A stretch of DNA of 64,000 nucleotides from Atractiella rhizophila (taxonomy: Eukaryota). Position numbers and translations under genes: made by a program. Each line of letters starts with the position of its first letter. The stretch's first letter is position 1. Where the stretch lies: assembly GCA_021432655.1 (NCBI GenBank), contig MU271202.1, positions 44,602-108,601 of the forward strand, read 5' to 3'. Of this stretch, positions 25,353 through 37,396 are shown piece by piece. A model generated the notes under the pieces. It was not told where the DNA came from and ran no database searches. It saw only the letters and a list, made by a program, of their open reading frames with translations.

Positions 25353-27873
25353 CTAGTCAACCCGTGTCTTTTTCTCCCCTCCCCAATAATCCCGATCCGA
25401 AACCCCAGTCCGCCCAGTGGAGCCCGAGTAGCGTTTAGAGGGCCGTGACGGACCATCCAGTGAACGCTTGAGCAGCATAAAGGAGAAAGAGCAGAAAGCA
25501 ATAAAGAGAAAGAAGGAGAGGATCGGGTGGGAAGTGATAAATGCCATCATTGTCATCATGAGATGCAACAATTCCTGTTTGGATTGTCAGTGTTCAATCA
25601 GGCAAGAAAGATTATTGCGAAGACGAACGAATGTGATGGTTTCGATCCAAGTTTGGGAGCTCTTGGGCTGGATACTTTGGGAAAGAACGTTTTCGACCAG
25701 AGCTACCAGTCAATCTTTAGCTGAAGTATCTGAATTCATGGCAGTGGCAGAACATACCAATGATTTTCTCTTCGTCGACGTCCTTGACGGTCTGCTTTGG
25801 ACTCCATTCGTCCCAATATGCTTTGACCTATGCTTTTTCGTTAGCTTTTGCTACAAGGCATGCCAATAACTTACCGTATGGTCCGCAACGACGGTTCCCA
25901 TCCCATTTTTCATACCATACATGCTCTTCAGCCACTTCTCCCACTGGTCTCCATCGACCCAAACCCAAACAGTCTGTCTTTCTCCGTCTGCAGGTGTCCT
26001 CTCAAGCCACTTATCAACCACTCCTCTCAGCTTCTTCTTTTTCTGTTCCATCTCTCTCCTCGTATTTCTCGCATGACTCAGAGCTGTAATGACAACGAGC
26101 GGATGCTCGGGGGCTTCCATGATGCCGTTAAAGTTTGCGCTTGTCAATTCCGAAAGAACTGGGTAGCGATTGCGATGTAGGAAGGTAGTGAGGCTGTACT
26201 CAGAGGCGGGCAGGGAGAGTTGGGCGAAGGGGAGAGCAGAGTTTGATTTGAAGACCAAGATGGTCGGCGAAGAGATAGAGAGGTGTTGGGTAATTTCGGG
26301 AGATGAGGTCTGAAACATGAGGACTTGATAGATAGACAATCGCTTTGCAGCCGCTTGCATCGTTTTCTACATCTCTTCTGAGCACAAAGATGCTGAAGAG
26401 AAAAAGAACATACCAATGCATCTTGATCTTGTTCTCCACCAGGCGACACCAGGAGATACATTACTTCCTCCTCCTCTAGTACCTGTTTAAACTCATCGAC
26501 GGTATCGATCTCTCTGACGCCTGTTGCAGCAATCGCTTTCTTAACGAACTTTTCGAACTCATCAACTTTGCGCTTCGCTTTATATTCAACCTTCTGTCCC
26601 TCGTTGTATCTGCCACAGGATGAGCTTAGCCGTGCTGCAGAGCGGGAGAATACAAACAAATAGAGGGTCGGAAAACCCTCCACCTTTTCCCGCCTGCAGA
26701 GCTTCTTGTTCTTATCTGCTTCACAATCGACTTCAAGTATATTAGCTACCCCCTTGGTTCTCTCTGCAAGTTCCTTCCACACTATGCCACCTTTAATCAA
26801 TTCTACTGGAATGTTGAAGCAAAGACGTACGGGGAGCTAATTTCCTGCAATGTGAGCACCACGGCGCTTTGAACGCCGCAAAAACTGGTCCCCTATGCTC
26901 CTTCGGGTCGATGAACATATCAAACTCTTCAGCAGAGAGGGTGTAGACCACTTCTCCGCTCTGGTTAGGTATCTGGCGCGTGCGATGAGGCTGAGTTTGT
27001 AGTCGTAAGGCCGGCTCTTTCGTGGGCGTAGGACTCATAGCGACCGCTGTTTCTCCTTCATGCCCCTCCGAGGAAGCGGTGTCTAGGTTGGAGGAAGATG
27101 AAGGAGAGGAAGTTGGAGCACAGGCGTCGCCGATACAAGGAGAGGGTACATCCCCATTGGACGAGTTGTGGTCGGCGAAAATGCTATCTTCTAAGTCTTC
27201 TTTGCTTTCAGTCAAGGAGTGATCCGGATGTTGTTCGCTCTCGTCCTGCGAAAGCGCAAGCTCGTCCTGCTCTTCCTCGGGACTACTGACAAGGGGAATA
27301 GGGGCTGGTATATCCGCTGCAAGTTGTTCAAGAATCCAAGGGGCGAATATGTCTGGAGAGCTATTTCAGTTCTGAAATCAGCATAGCCTACATGAATGGA
27401 GGAAATAGTAACACTGACCGATTCCCAGAGTGTTCCACTATGGTTCCATTCTTCCTGTAAAACCTGAGCGTAGGGTAAAACTTGATCTTTTGTTGGTCAC
27501 AGAGGTCTCCGTTGGCTACACAGTCAACCTATAACCATCATTGGTCAGCTTACATGTACCCAAGCAAGATTCTGAACATGCTTACCTGAGCCATCTTCAA
27601 CCCTTGTGCATGCAAAATGTCGTCCTTCCCCACCAGCTCAACCCATTGAGGGGCATACTATAAGCACCGCAAGTTATAACTAGACACACTGCGATACAGA
27701 GAATTGCTTACATTTCGACAATGTGGGCAATAAGGGCTGTAAAACTCGATAACAAAGGAATCCGGCTGGGGGAACTGGGGGAAAGAAGAGGCGGAAAGCT
27801 GAAGACCCGCGTGCGGAATAGGTGCAGAGAGAGTTGGAGAAAGGAAGAGGAGGCTCAAAAGGGTTGACAACAT
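25353..27873 (-). CDS. Membrane-anchored protein disulfide isomerase (Eps1-like) with multiple thioredoxin domains
   Basis: Signal peptide; FYSPYCPHC and FKAPWCSHC active sites; EVDC...VEGFPTL; C-terminal TM HPILSFFLFIAFCSFSFMLL. Confidence 0.88.
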
Positions 27874-28259
27874 GGTGCCTGCCTCAATGGCGATGGTGGG
27901 TTTTGGTGCGGGAGATCTTGCCTTTTTGGGACAAAAGCGGCTAGCTTCTGCGTGTCATGTATAAACTTGTCACTTTCAAATGTAATGAGGAACGTGAGCG
28001 TCCCCGTTAATTGACAGAGAGAGTGTTCTCTTGAGACCTCTCCAATTCAGGTAGTAAACCCATGTAAAGATGTTGGATGTTGGCCACATCAAACAACTCA
28101 AATTGCAACTTGAACAAAAATGAGACATTGAGAGTGCTGCAGAGATGGATGGAAATATAGCCAGAAGGCTCGTAATTAAAATGCTTCGACTCGGAAAGCT
28201 CAACGCTGAAACATCCCCACAGAAGTCCATCATAAACGTCCACCAACTCAAAGATCAAA

Positions 28260-29489
28260 TCACAAAATGGCTAAAACTCCCACCACCATTCCCGCAACAG
28301 CCATCACCGCAAAGGCAGCAACACCTCCAGATGGTGCAGCGGCCGAATTGCTTCCAGAACCTCCACTTCCACTCCCACCAGTTTCTTTAGGTCCACCAGT
28401 GCTACCAGTTTTACCCGTCGCAGAGCCAATACCGGAGACGTTATCCTCAAAGTAATATGTGACGCCTTTGTTCACGGGACTGGCGGTTTCCACACAATTG
28501 GAGGAAGCAGGAGCGGTGACAGGTGTCGGAGTGACGGATTGACCCTGAGCGAAGGTGTAAGAGTCGTTGTAGACTCCGACTGGAAGATCAGCGTTCGCGT
28601 CGCAGTTCGTCCATCCTGGATCCACGTTATAGTCTCCTGGCGCGACCCAGAGTCCGCCCATGAGGTCGAAGGTGTTGCGACAGTAGGGATAGGATTGGTC
28701 TCCGAAGCAGGAGCGGATCACAAATGTTCCGACACCGGGGATATCGCAATGTCCAAGAAATTGCTAGGGACGGCTCATTGAGGAAGGATTGCTGAGAGGC
28801 AAGGACAGAAGACCCACGAAAAAGTCTTGACCGCCGTCGATATGTGCACCAACGGGATTTCCCTGCTGTCTATCAGAATCACTCTGTGTATTATCAAGAG
28901 ATACGCACGACGCCATCCGGTCCGTGATTGTCATATTCTCCACCACCTGCAAGTAATTAATCTTTCTCCAGATCAAAGGGAAGGAACCATACAATCGTAA
29001 GGATTGAGATTCATCCTAGCCCAGTCATACGTGCCACTGACTTGCACATAGTCCGCAGCCCTTCGAAAGTGCGCTCTCGTGATAAATCCATCGGGGAAAG
29101 GACGGGTCTCATTACTGTCACCAGACCTTCAGCATGAAAATTGGATCGATCAAATGAAGGAATCACTAGGGATTGAAGCAGTAAGCAACGGCATCAGCTT
29201 CAGCCTGGACGAGGTTCTCTTTGTCCGGGTTTGGTGGAAGGAAGAGACAGAAGTCCGTGGCAGAATTTATCTGAGCTTGTCGACCCATCCCCGTCATCGA
29301 AGGAGGGGGAAGCACGGTCCCGCTAACAGTTACGCTGCCACCTGCCTCCCATGTCCCTGGTGCGACCGAGGAGGAGACTGGGATGGCAGAGGGTCCGCTG
29401 CCTACTACCACGGATGGGATGTAGGACGGGAAGGACGTTTCAGATTGAGCGTTGACGAGGAACGCTTGAAGAAGGAGGAGGAGAGGCAT
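28260..29489 (-). CDS. Probable GPI-anchored cell-surface glycoprotein (MP88 / macrophage-activating glycoprotein-like)
   Basis: Signal MPLLLLLQAFLVNA; INSATDFCLFLPP...EADAVAYC; YCRNTFDLMG; Ser/Gly linker and hydrophobic C-terminus. Confidence 0.8.
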
Positions 29490-30244
29490 ATCGAAGGGCT
29501 CGACAGGTCGATGATGGTTGAAAGGGAGCTGAGAAAAATGGAGAGTGGCCAAGAATAACACAACCACCACCTTAAATGTCCCAATAGACGATATCTAAGT
29601 GGGGAACAGGAAAGCTCTAAAGGAGCTAATTCGAGCTGGACGTGGTTTTACAGGAGCAGAGCGAGTTGGGAAAGATGCCGTGTGCCCGCCCAAGCCCCGG
29701 ACTGCCTAGATTTGTGCGTGACCATATGCACATTTTGGACCGATCTTCCATGCAAGCAAGGCGTGTTCCCGTCGGAGGTGGAGAAAGCGGGAAGAGACAA
29801 CACTACGACTCTGGTTTTCTTTAGGTTGTTGCGCTGCCATGCGCCCTCGCGCGCTGGCTTTGCTCCGTGTCAGTTTTCCGGGAATCTGAGAATCCTATAT
29901 GAGCAGAGAAGCGTACGATATACGACGGGTAGTACTTGACAGGAGAGGATTATGCTGTCAGTTTTTCTTTCTCCTGGGTTCCTGCAGTTCTACGAATCCC
30001 AGTCCACACACAAAAGAAAGCATGCCACAATCAAATATTTGGCAACAAAACATTCATTCTGTGACAGGACTGTGCAGCCCCTTTTGGCGGGATTCAAGAT
30101 TTGCGTTGTCGCTCTGTCGCCAACGCTAGAACTAGATATTCAGGAAAAGAAAATGCATTGTCCTTTGTCAAAGAGCGTTCACATAAATTTGAATGTTACA
30201 ATATCAACAATGAAGATAAAGTTCATCATTCAAACACTTTGTCC

Positions 30245-30932
30245 TCAATAGGAATAGTCAAGGGTCAGATCTAGATTATACATTAGATACAAGAAACAAA
30301 ATTACAGAACAACCTACAGTCGAAAGACAAGTAGTATGCTCCACCGTTTCTAATCCTAAAGTTCGAGTTGGCCGTGGCATGGATTCTGTTAGTTAAAGGC
30401 ATGAGTTTTCGGGTCCAACACCGAGGCGCTCAGACAAACCCGTTCTGCTGATACACTATCTGCGTTGGTGTGGATTCCTCTGCTTCAGCATCGTATAAAT
30501 GGCCAGTTCCGAGGTATTGATTGTCAACTTCGACGAAGAAGTCTCCTCTGTCGTTCTTCTTTCCAGCCCAAATCGTGATGTTATAGAGCGCTTCGACAGG
30601 TGCTGGAATGAACAGTTGACTGGTAGACCAGTAAAGCTTCAGTTCATTTCATTTGAGGAAAAACTTGCATACGCTTGAGAATCGTTGGTGTAGGATTCGG
30701 TGCCATCGTGGACTTTGTCTCCCTGGTTTGCTGAACCAATTTCAGTCTCACGAAAGGAGAGCAAAACTACCATACTGAGATGAGTCCATCCATTGCTGTA
30801 GATGATCTTGTTGTCAGCATCATCCCAAACATCAGTTTTGACGGCATCCTGTCTCTTGACCTTGCTCAAAGGTGTGGCAACAATTGAAGATGCGAGCAGG
30901 CTGAGAGAGGTGATGACTTGTTGAGCTTTCAT
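30245..30932 (-). CDS. Small secreted protein with a KR (Kex2-type) propeptide and a 'WDD...IIYSNGW' beta-sandwich domain
   Basis: MKAQQVITSLSLLASSIVATPLSKVKR then QDAVKTDVWDDADNKIIYSNGW. Spliced to ...YLSFDYLTLDYSY*. Confidence 0.72.
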
Positions 30933-31589
30933 GATTATCGTTATGAGTCGATGTCAAATATCAAGTTTGGGTGAATGAGGTCTTAAAATTGATGGGATCC
31001 TTGGACGAGATTCACCGCCCCTTTTATACCTCATCAAGGAGAACTCATTCTTTCCAACTTCGTCTCCGACCCATTCTCCCAAGCCTGTCTCTTCGCGAAT
31101 ACGGGAGTGTCGTGTCGGTGCTAGCAGATCAAGTATTCAGGCAGTGCTACAGCTAGTCATGACGTTGACAATATCTATGACGCATTTGACCCTCCGGCAA
31201 TAGGCATCTCGAGTTCTTGTGACTGATAGCGGCACACCGGGGCCAAGAGAAGCGAAGGAGCGGCTAGGTGGAAGTAGATAGCACCGAGTCTAGAAAGATG
31301 AAGATCTTTCGGCCTGTTACAACTCCACAGACCTGTGAACAGGGGCTACAAAAACGTCCATATGTTCTCAAGTCGTACCGTTGTGCGTGAGCGCGGCTGG
31401 CGTATATTCTTATTCTCTAGCCCAGGTTGGGTTGCACTGAGGAGATGATGTTTCAAAGATGACAGCATCGAATTCCAGGCTCACGTTATGATTTTATGAT
31501 TCAACATAGTATTAAAATGAAAAATAATGAAACACCTTCCACACTGTGACTGTGAAAGCAGCGTCGGACTGATCATCCAAATATCACTC

Positions 31590-34386
31590 TTAGTTTCGCC
31601 CCTTCAGCATAGTGGTCAGGACTTTTACTTCCCTGGAGCCGTACCGCTGTAAAATCAAGTCCAGCACTCCTGCGACGGTTATTTCGGGATCCCAAGCATC
31701 AGCTTTAATGACAGCCCCAGGGTCAGCTCCGTTTTCGAGAAACAGCTGAACGATCGATGTCCACCTCTTTGTGCCTGCGTCCTCTGAGTCAAATGGTTTC
31801 AACCAGTTCCTCCGATTTGCTTCTCTCAAAAGCTTCATGCAATAGATGAACGGAGTCTCAGGGCGAGACTTGTCGAATTCCCGATATTCTAGATTTGCGT
31901 TGGAATCATCCAACTTGAAAATGGTTTGGACCAGTTCTGGAGAAGAAAGTGGATATATGGTCTGACGGTCATGGACGAGAAAATCTATTGCGAAAGAAAG
32001 ACGAGGTTTCGAGTTCTTGTAGAAGTATTTCTCCTGCCGTAGCTTCGCCTCGACATAGCGAAAGAGCCCGAACTTGATCGCCAAGGAGAGGAACGGTTCG
32101 TAAATCTCGGTTGCTCCCCGGAGTTCAAAGACGCCAAACGCATTTTTGGCCCAATGGTCTTGCTCGTCTCCTGCCTTCCGTTTTTGCCAATACCAGTTCA
32201 AGGTCTCGTGCAGTTCGTCTAGCAACTCAACCATCTGCGCTGTATCAGCAACAGAACCCTCGGCAAAGCGAGCATGTGTGAGTCCGTAGGTAATGTGAGG
32301 CTCCCACAAAAGGTCAAACCATCGGTGACGTTTTGGTTTGGAGTACGGCCTCTTAAGATGGAGGATGATAGAGCGGAGATGGGAGAGATGAGCGTCGAAG
32401 CTTTCGCCTACGGTCTGTTCCAAAAAGTCTGTCCAGACCCCAACTCCTGAAGGAGACGCGACGAGGAAGTCGCGGACGGTTCGATGGAGGTAGCTGATCT
32501 TGCTATCTGCAAGCTGTTCGATGATTTCCCATCGTTCTCCGGTTGAAAGGTCCATCACTTCTTCTTTACTCTGTGCTGGCAGTTTGGTGATCTTCAGCAG
32601 CCCAGCACAGTTCCGTTCCACTCGCAGCTTCGTGTCTTGCAAGTTGTCCCACGTCTCCTCCGCATCGGCGCGCTCAATAGAAGAGCAAATAACCTCATCA
32701 TGCTCCGCCTCTCCTAATTCTCTCAAAGAAGAAGCTGTATCATCCTTGAGTAGGTCACCGACCACCTCCTTGGCGCGAAGGAGTTGGAACAGTCGTGAGG
32801 CATTCTTCAGCGCGCTTTTTGGCTGACCAGTGAAGAGCAGATAGCGAAACAAATCGTCGAGATCTGATGGGTAGGCGCGGAGGAAACGAAGTAGAACGGC
32901 TTCATCGACTGCAGCTGCAGAATTAGATACATCCTCTCGCAGGCATTTCACGACGAGGGTGAGCCAGAGGAACACCCCTTGTGATCTATGGACTGTCTCC
33001 TTCACCAGTACAGATGGCACATGATCTAAATTGACCTGAGCCGTAAATTGGTCTTCGAAATAGTAGGTCATATCCGATAACGTCAGTCGCTGAAGATACA
33101 TCTTCTTCACATCCGCAAACGCTTCCTCAAAAATGGTCCAAGGTCTACTGGAGACACAAATCTTCACGTTTTCCCTCGCCAGATCCTTTAGGAAGGAGAT
33201 GATTCCATGCTGATCCTCTCCCTCGAACTCGTCCAATCCATCAACGAAAAAGCAATACTTAGTTTCCTCCTGTGATGCACGCAAAGCATTTCTCAGTCCA
33301 CTCATCAGCGTCCCAAGCTCCCACACCATCTTCCGCCGGAACTTGATGCGCTCCTTTGTATCCATCTTCATGAGCTGTTGGAAAAGTGAAGGAAAGGCGA
33401 CGTGAACCAGCTCCGTATGTTCCGACAGGATCTGATGCAACAAGGTGCGGAGTAGGCCACGCATTGATCGCTGTTCAAGCGCACCTGAACTCCAAGCAAA
33501 GAATCGAGCGAGGCTGAGCTTCTTCTCCCCGGCCCATTTTCTTAAGCAGTTACGCATGGAGGGATGGTCGTATATAAAGTTCAAAAGCGTCGACTTCCCG
33601 CTTCCAAACTTCCCAGAAATCCAATATACGCCTTCATTGCCCTCAAGCCAGGAAGCAAACTCAGAAGGATGGGTGTTATCGAAAATCCAGGAAAAGGTTT
33701 TTGCATGTGCGGACTCGACAGAAGACTTGCGGTAGGTCATGGAGGTGAACTCGAGAGCTTCAATGAGGAAGCCTTGTATCGTTTGGGCCTTTGCGCTGTC
33801 CGTTGACAAAGGTGATAGTGTTTCGTTTGTTTGGGCGGTAGGAGAGGAGGAGGAATCGTCGATGGCATCCTGACTTAATGTGATCGCTGCCACAAGGGTC
33901 GAGAATTCACATCCCTCGAATGGCTTTCGATGACCCCGGAGGACTTTACTAAACGTGTCAGCCTCGTCCGGGGCGTCCAAGGTGCTTTCCTCCCTGGACA
34001 AATTCTTGTTTAACGGGGTGCATCAAGGCCGACTTTACGAACCTCAACATTGTGAGCACATTTTCAAACTCTTCTCTCAACTCCTTCACTTTTTGCTTAA
34101 TTGCCTCCTCTCTGTCTTCACACTTCACCCCCAAATCATCCACAAGCACTTGCGCCCCATTTCTGAGTCTCTCAATGGCAAACTCCCAGAATGTGAGCGG
34201 CCCAATCCTCTCTTCCCGCAGCGACTTGAAGTTACGCTGCGCGAAAGACTCAGGCTTGGAGGGAACGAAGTGAGACAGGAAGAGCCACAACTCTCTGAGC
34301 ACAATTTCATGGCTCATAGTCCCCGCCATTCCGTACAATGGCTTGAATGGAGAGGAATGTGTGCAAGCAGCAGCTTTTAACAGCAT
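31590..34386 (-). CDS. NACHT / P-loop STAND NTPase (fungal NLR-like)
   Basis: Walker A YWISGKFGSGKSTLL; Walker B CFFVDGLDEF; KICVSSRP; SQGVFLWLTLV; YLHRTVRDFL. A 49-nt intron (34042-33994) joins the two overlapping ORFs in frame. Confidence 0.9.
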
Positions 34387-34427
34387 CGTTTTGCCTGAGT
34401 CAAGAGAAACTCCGCTATTCCGCCGTT

Positions 34428-37396
34428 ATGAATAATCACAAAATCGGGATCCCCTTGCCATAGATCACTGTGGCATTGCTCATACAAGTCTCAACGTCAT
34501 CTGCTTTGATGTTGCTCACCAGGCAAAACTTCCATCCCTTCTCCTGCCCTTTTGTGCAAGTCATTCACACAGTGACTACATTTGAAGCTTCACTCGCACC
34601 CACCTCGTAGGCCTCGTCATCATGCTCCATAGCTCGCATGTCTCATAAATAGGTCAAACGAACTGCAAACCGTGCGATTGATCATGAACAGCAAGCAACT
34701 GGAAGAGCAAAAACATACAACTTTGATAAAGATTGGACCCCTCAGCTTGACAAGGGGCCGACTGTCCTTTCTTCTGCGGCACCGCGAGAACGACGTTTCA
34801 GTGTTCTCCCGTTCGCTATCCTTCCTTCGATTCCCCAACAGTCCTTCAGTCAGTACCCACGGTCATTACCCAAGCATTCCAAAGGGATTCTTGAAAGGAT
34901 CTCTGCACCAATTGAAGGATATCGAAGGATTCAGGATTCGACTAAGAATTTGTATACAATGGCTCACAAAGATGTTTTGAGGCGCAGGGAGGGTGCAGAA
35001 GAGGAGAAGGGTGAGTTGTTTCTTTGGTCACTTGTCTGGATGAGGCCCGAAGTGGGTTGAAGACCCATGTCGTCGTAATGAACGCCGAGGCCGCGCTACT
35101 TGACTGGAACAGGAGGCAATAGCACATCCGGAGCTCTTCCGAGGGAGAGATCAAGGAATCAGTAGTTGCGTTGTCAGTCGGAAGCGAGCGCCATTTGTTA
35201 CGGAGAGGACAGAGCTTGCTTGCTTCGACAAGGTATTCAGCCATTGGCTGTTGGACGTTTTGCCCCAAGTTGCTTGCAAAGCGTGATAGCTTTGCACTTG
35301 TTTCAGCATTTGATGGTGAAAAGTAGCTCTCCCACTCGAAGATCCGTCCACAAGTGATCGGAATGAGCGGAGTGCTTAGCATGTGTCAACCACTGTCCAC
35401 ACCGATGAGTTGTACATCTTTCCGTCTCCAAACACCAATCATCAAGGTTCTTTCCAACCGACTCTTTCGCATCTATGACCTATGGCTCTTGTACTGATTC
35501 TTCGACCTTCCAGTTGAACTACTCCGGCGTCAACGCTGCACCAATCCCTACTCCGATATCTCAGGCACCATTCCAGCCTTTACTCCCCTCACGCCTTTTA
35601 TATCCTGGAGTCCTTCTTGCCAACCATCGACCGCATCGACCGTTTCCACAATCGACATCTACCTCTACGTTTCACGTAGTCTCTCGCGGGTTTTCGAAGG
35701 AGTAACCTACTCTACAGGGACCTTAGATCTTCCTTCTGGATTGGATACAAGATGGTGGAATGCGACAGCAATAGATGGTGCCCCTTTGGCTACTAACAGG
35801 ACCTTCGATGCATACGTCGTCTTTGCTAAGAACGGTCAACCTGTTGGAATTTCCCCTTTTGGCACAGGTCCTAACTTTGAAATTACGTGGGATGGGAGCG
35901 TGCCTGCTTCGTGAGCTTCATTCAATGAATAATCACAAAATCGGGATCCCCTTGCCATAGATCACTGTGGCATTGCTCATACAAGTCTCAACGTCATCTG
36001 CTTTGATGTTGCTCACCAGACAAAACTTCCATCCGTTTTCCTGCCCATTTCAAGTCACTCCACACAGTGACTTTCACTCGCACCCACCTCGTAGGCCTCG
36101 TCATCATGCTCCATAGCTCGCATGTCTCATAAATAGGTCAAACGAACTGCAAACTCGGTTGATCATGAACAGCAAGCAACTGGAAGAGCAAAAACATACA
36201 ACTTTGATAAAGATTGGACCCCTCAGCTTGACAAGGGGGCCGTCGTTCCCTCTTCTGCGGCACCGCGAGAACGACGTTTCAGTGTTCTCCCGTTCGCTAT
36301 CCTTCCTTTGATTCCCCAACAGTCCTTCAGTCAGTACCCACGGTCATTACCCAAGCATTCCAAAGGGATTCTCGAAAGGATCTCTGCACCAATTGAAGGA
36401 TATCGAAGGATTCAGGATTCGACAAAGAATTTATATATAATGGCTCACAAGGATGTTTTGAGGCGCAGGGAAGGTGCAGAAGAGGAAAGGGGTGAGTTAT
36501 TTCTTTGGTCACTTGTCTGGATGAGGCCCGAAGTGGGTTGAAGACCTATGTCGTCGTAATGAACGCCGAGGTCGCGCTACTTGACTGCAACAGGAGGCAA
36601 TAGCACATCCGGAGCTCTTCCGAGGGAGAGATCAAGGAATCAGTAGTTGCTTTTTCAGTCGGAAGTGAGAGCCATGTGTTACGGAGAGGACAGAGCTTGC
36701 TTGCTTCGACAAGGTATTCAGCCGTGGGTTGTTGGACCTTTTGCCCTAGTTGCCTGCAAAGCGTGATAGCTTTATACTTGTTTTCAGCGTTTGATGGTAA
36801 TTCTCCCACTCGAAGATCCATCCACAAGTGATCGGAACGAGCGGAGTGCTCGGCATGTGTCGACCACTGTTCACACCGATGAGTTGTTCATCTTTCTGTC
36901 TCCAAACACCATTCATCAAGGTTCTTTCCAGCCGACTCTCTCGCATCTATTACCTATGACTTTGGTACTAATTCTTCAACTTCCAGTTGCCCTCCTCCGT
37001 CGTCAACGCTGCACCAATCCCTACTCCGATATCTCAGGCACCATTCCAGCCTTTACTCCCCTCACGCCTTTTATATCCTGGAGTCCTTCTTGCCAACCCT
37101 CGACCGCATCGACCGTTTCCACAATCGACATCTACCTCTACGTTTCACGTAGTCTCTCGCGGGTTTTCGAAGGAGTAACCTACTCTACAGGGACCTTAGA
37201 TCTTCCTTCTGGATTGGATACAAGATGGTGGAATGCGACAGCAATAGATGGTGCCCCTTTGGCTACTAACAGGACCTTCGATGCATACGTCGTCTTTGCT
37301 AAGAACGGTCAACCTGTTGGAATTTCCCCTTTTGGCACAGGTCCCAACTTTGAAATTACGTGGGATGGGAGCGTGCCTGCTTCGTGAGCTTCATTC
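34428..37396. repeat. Tandem duplication of about 1.5 kb (copy A 34428-35923, copy B 35925-37396)
   Basis: Duplicated sequence and ORFs (34620/36104, 35475/36987). The 5' part is diverged and the coding 3' part is nearly identical. One extra A at 35924. Confidence 0.96.

Noticed and set aside
33958..34042. Apparent frameshift between the two NACHT ORFs
   Set aside because: Explained by a 49-nt GT-AG intron that restores the frame.
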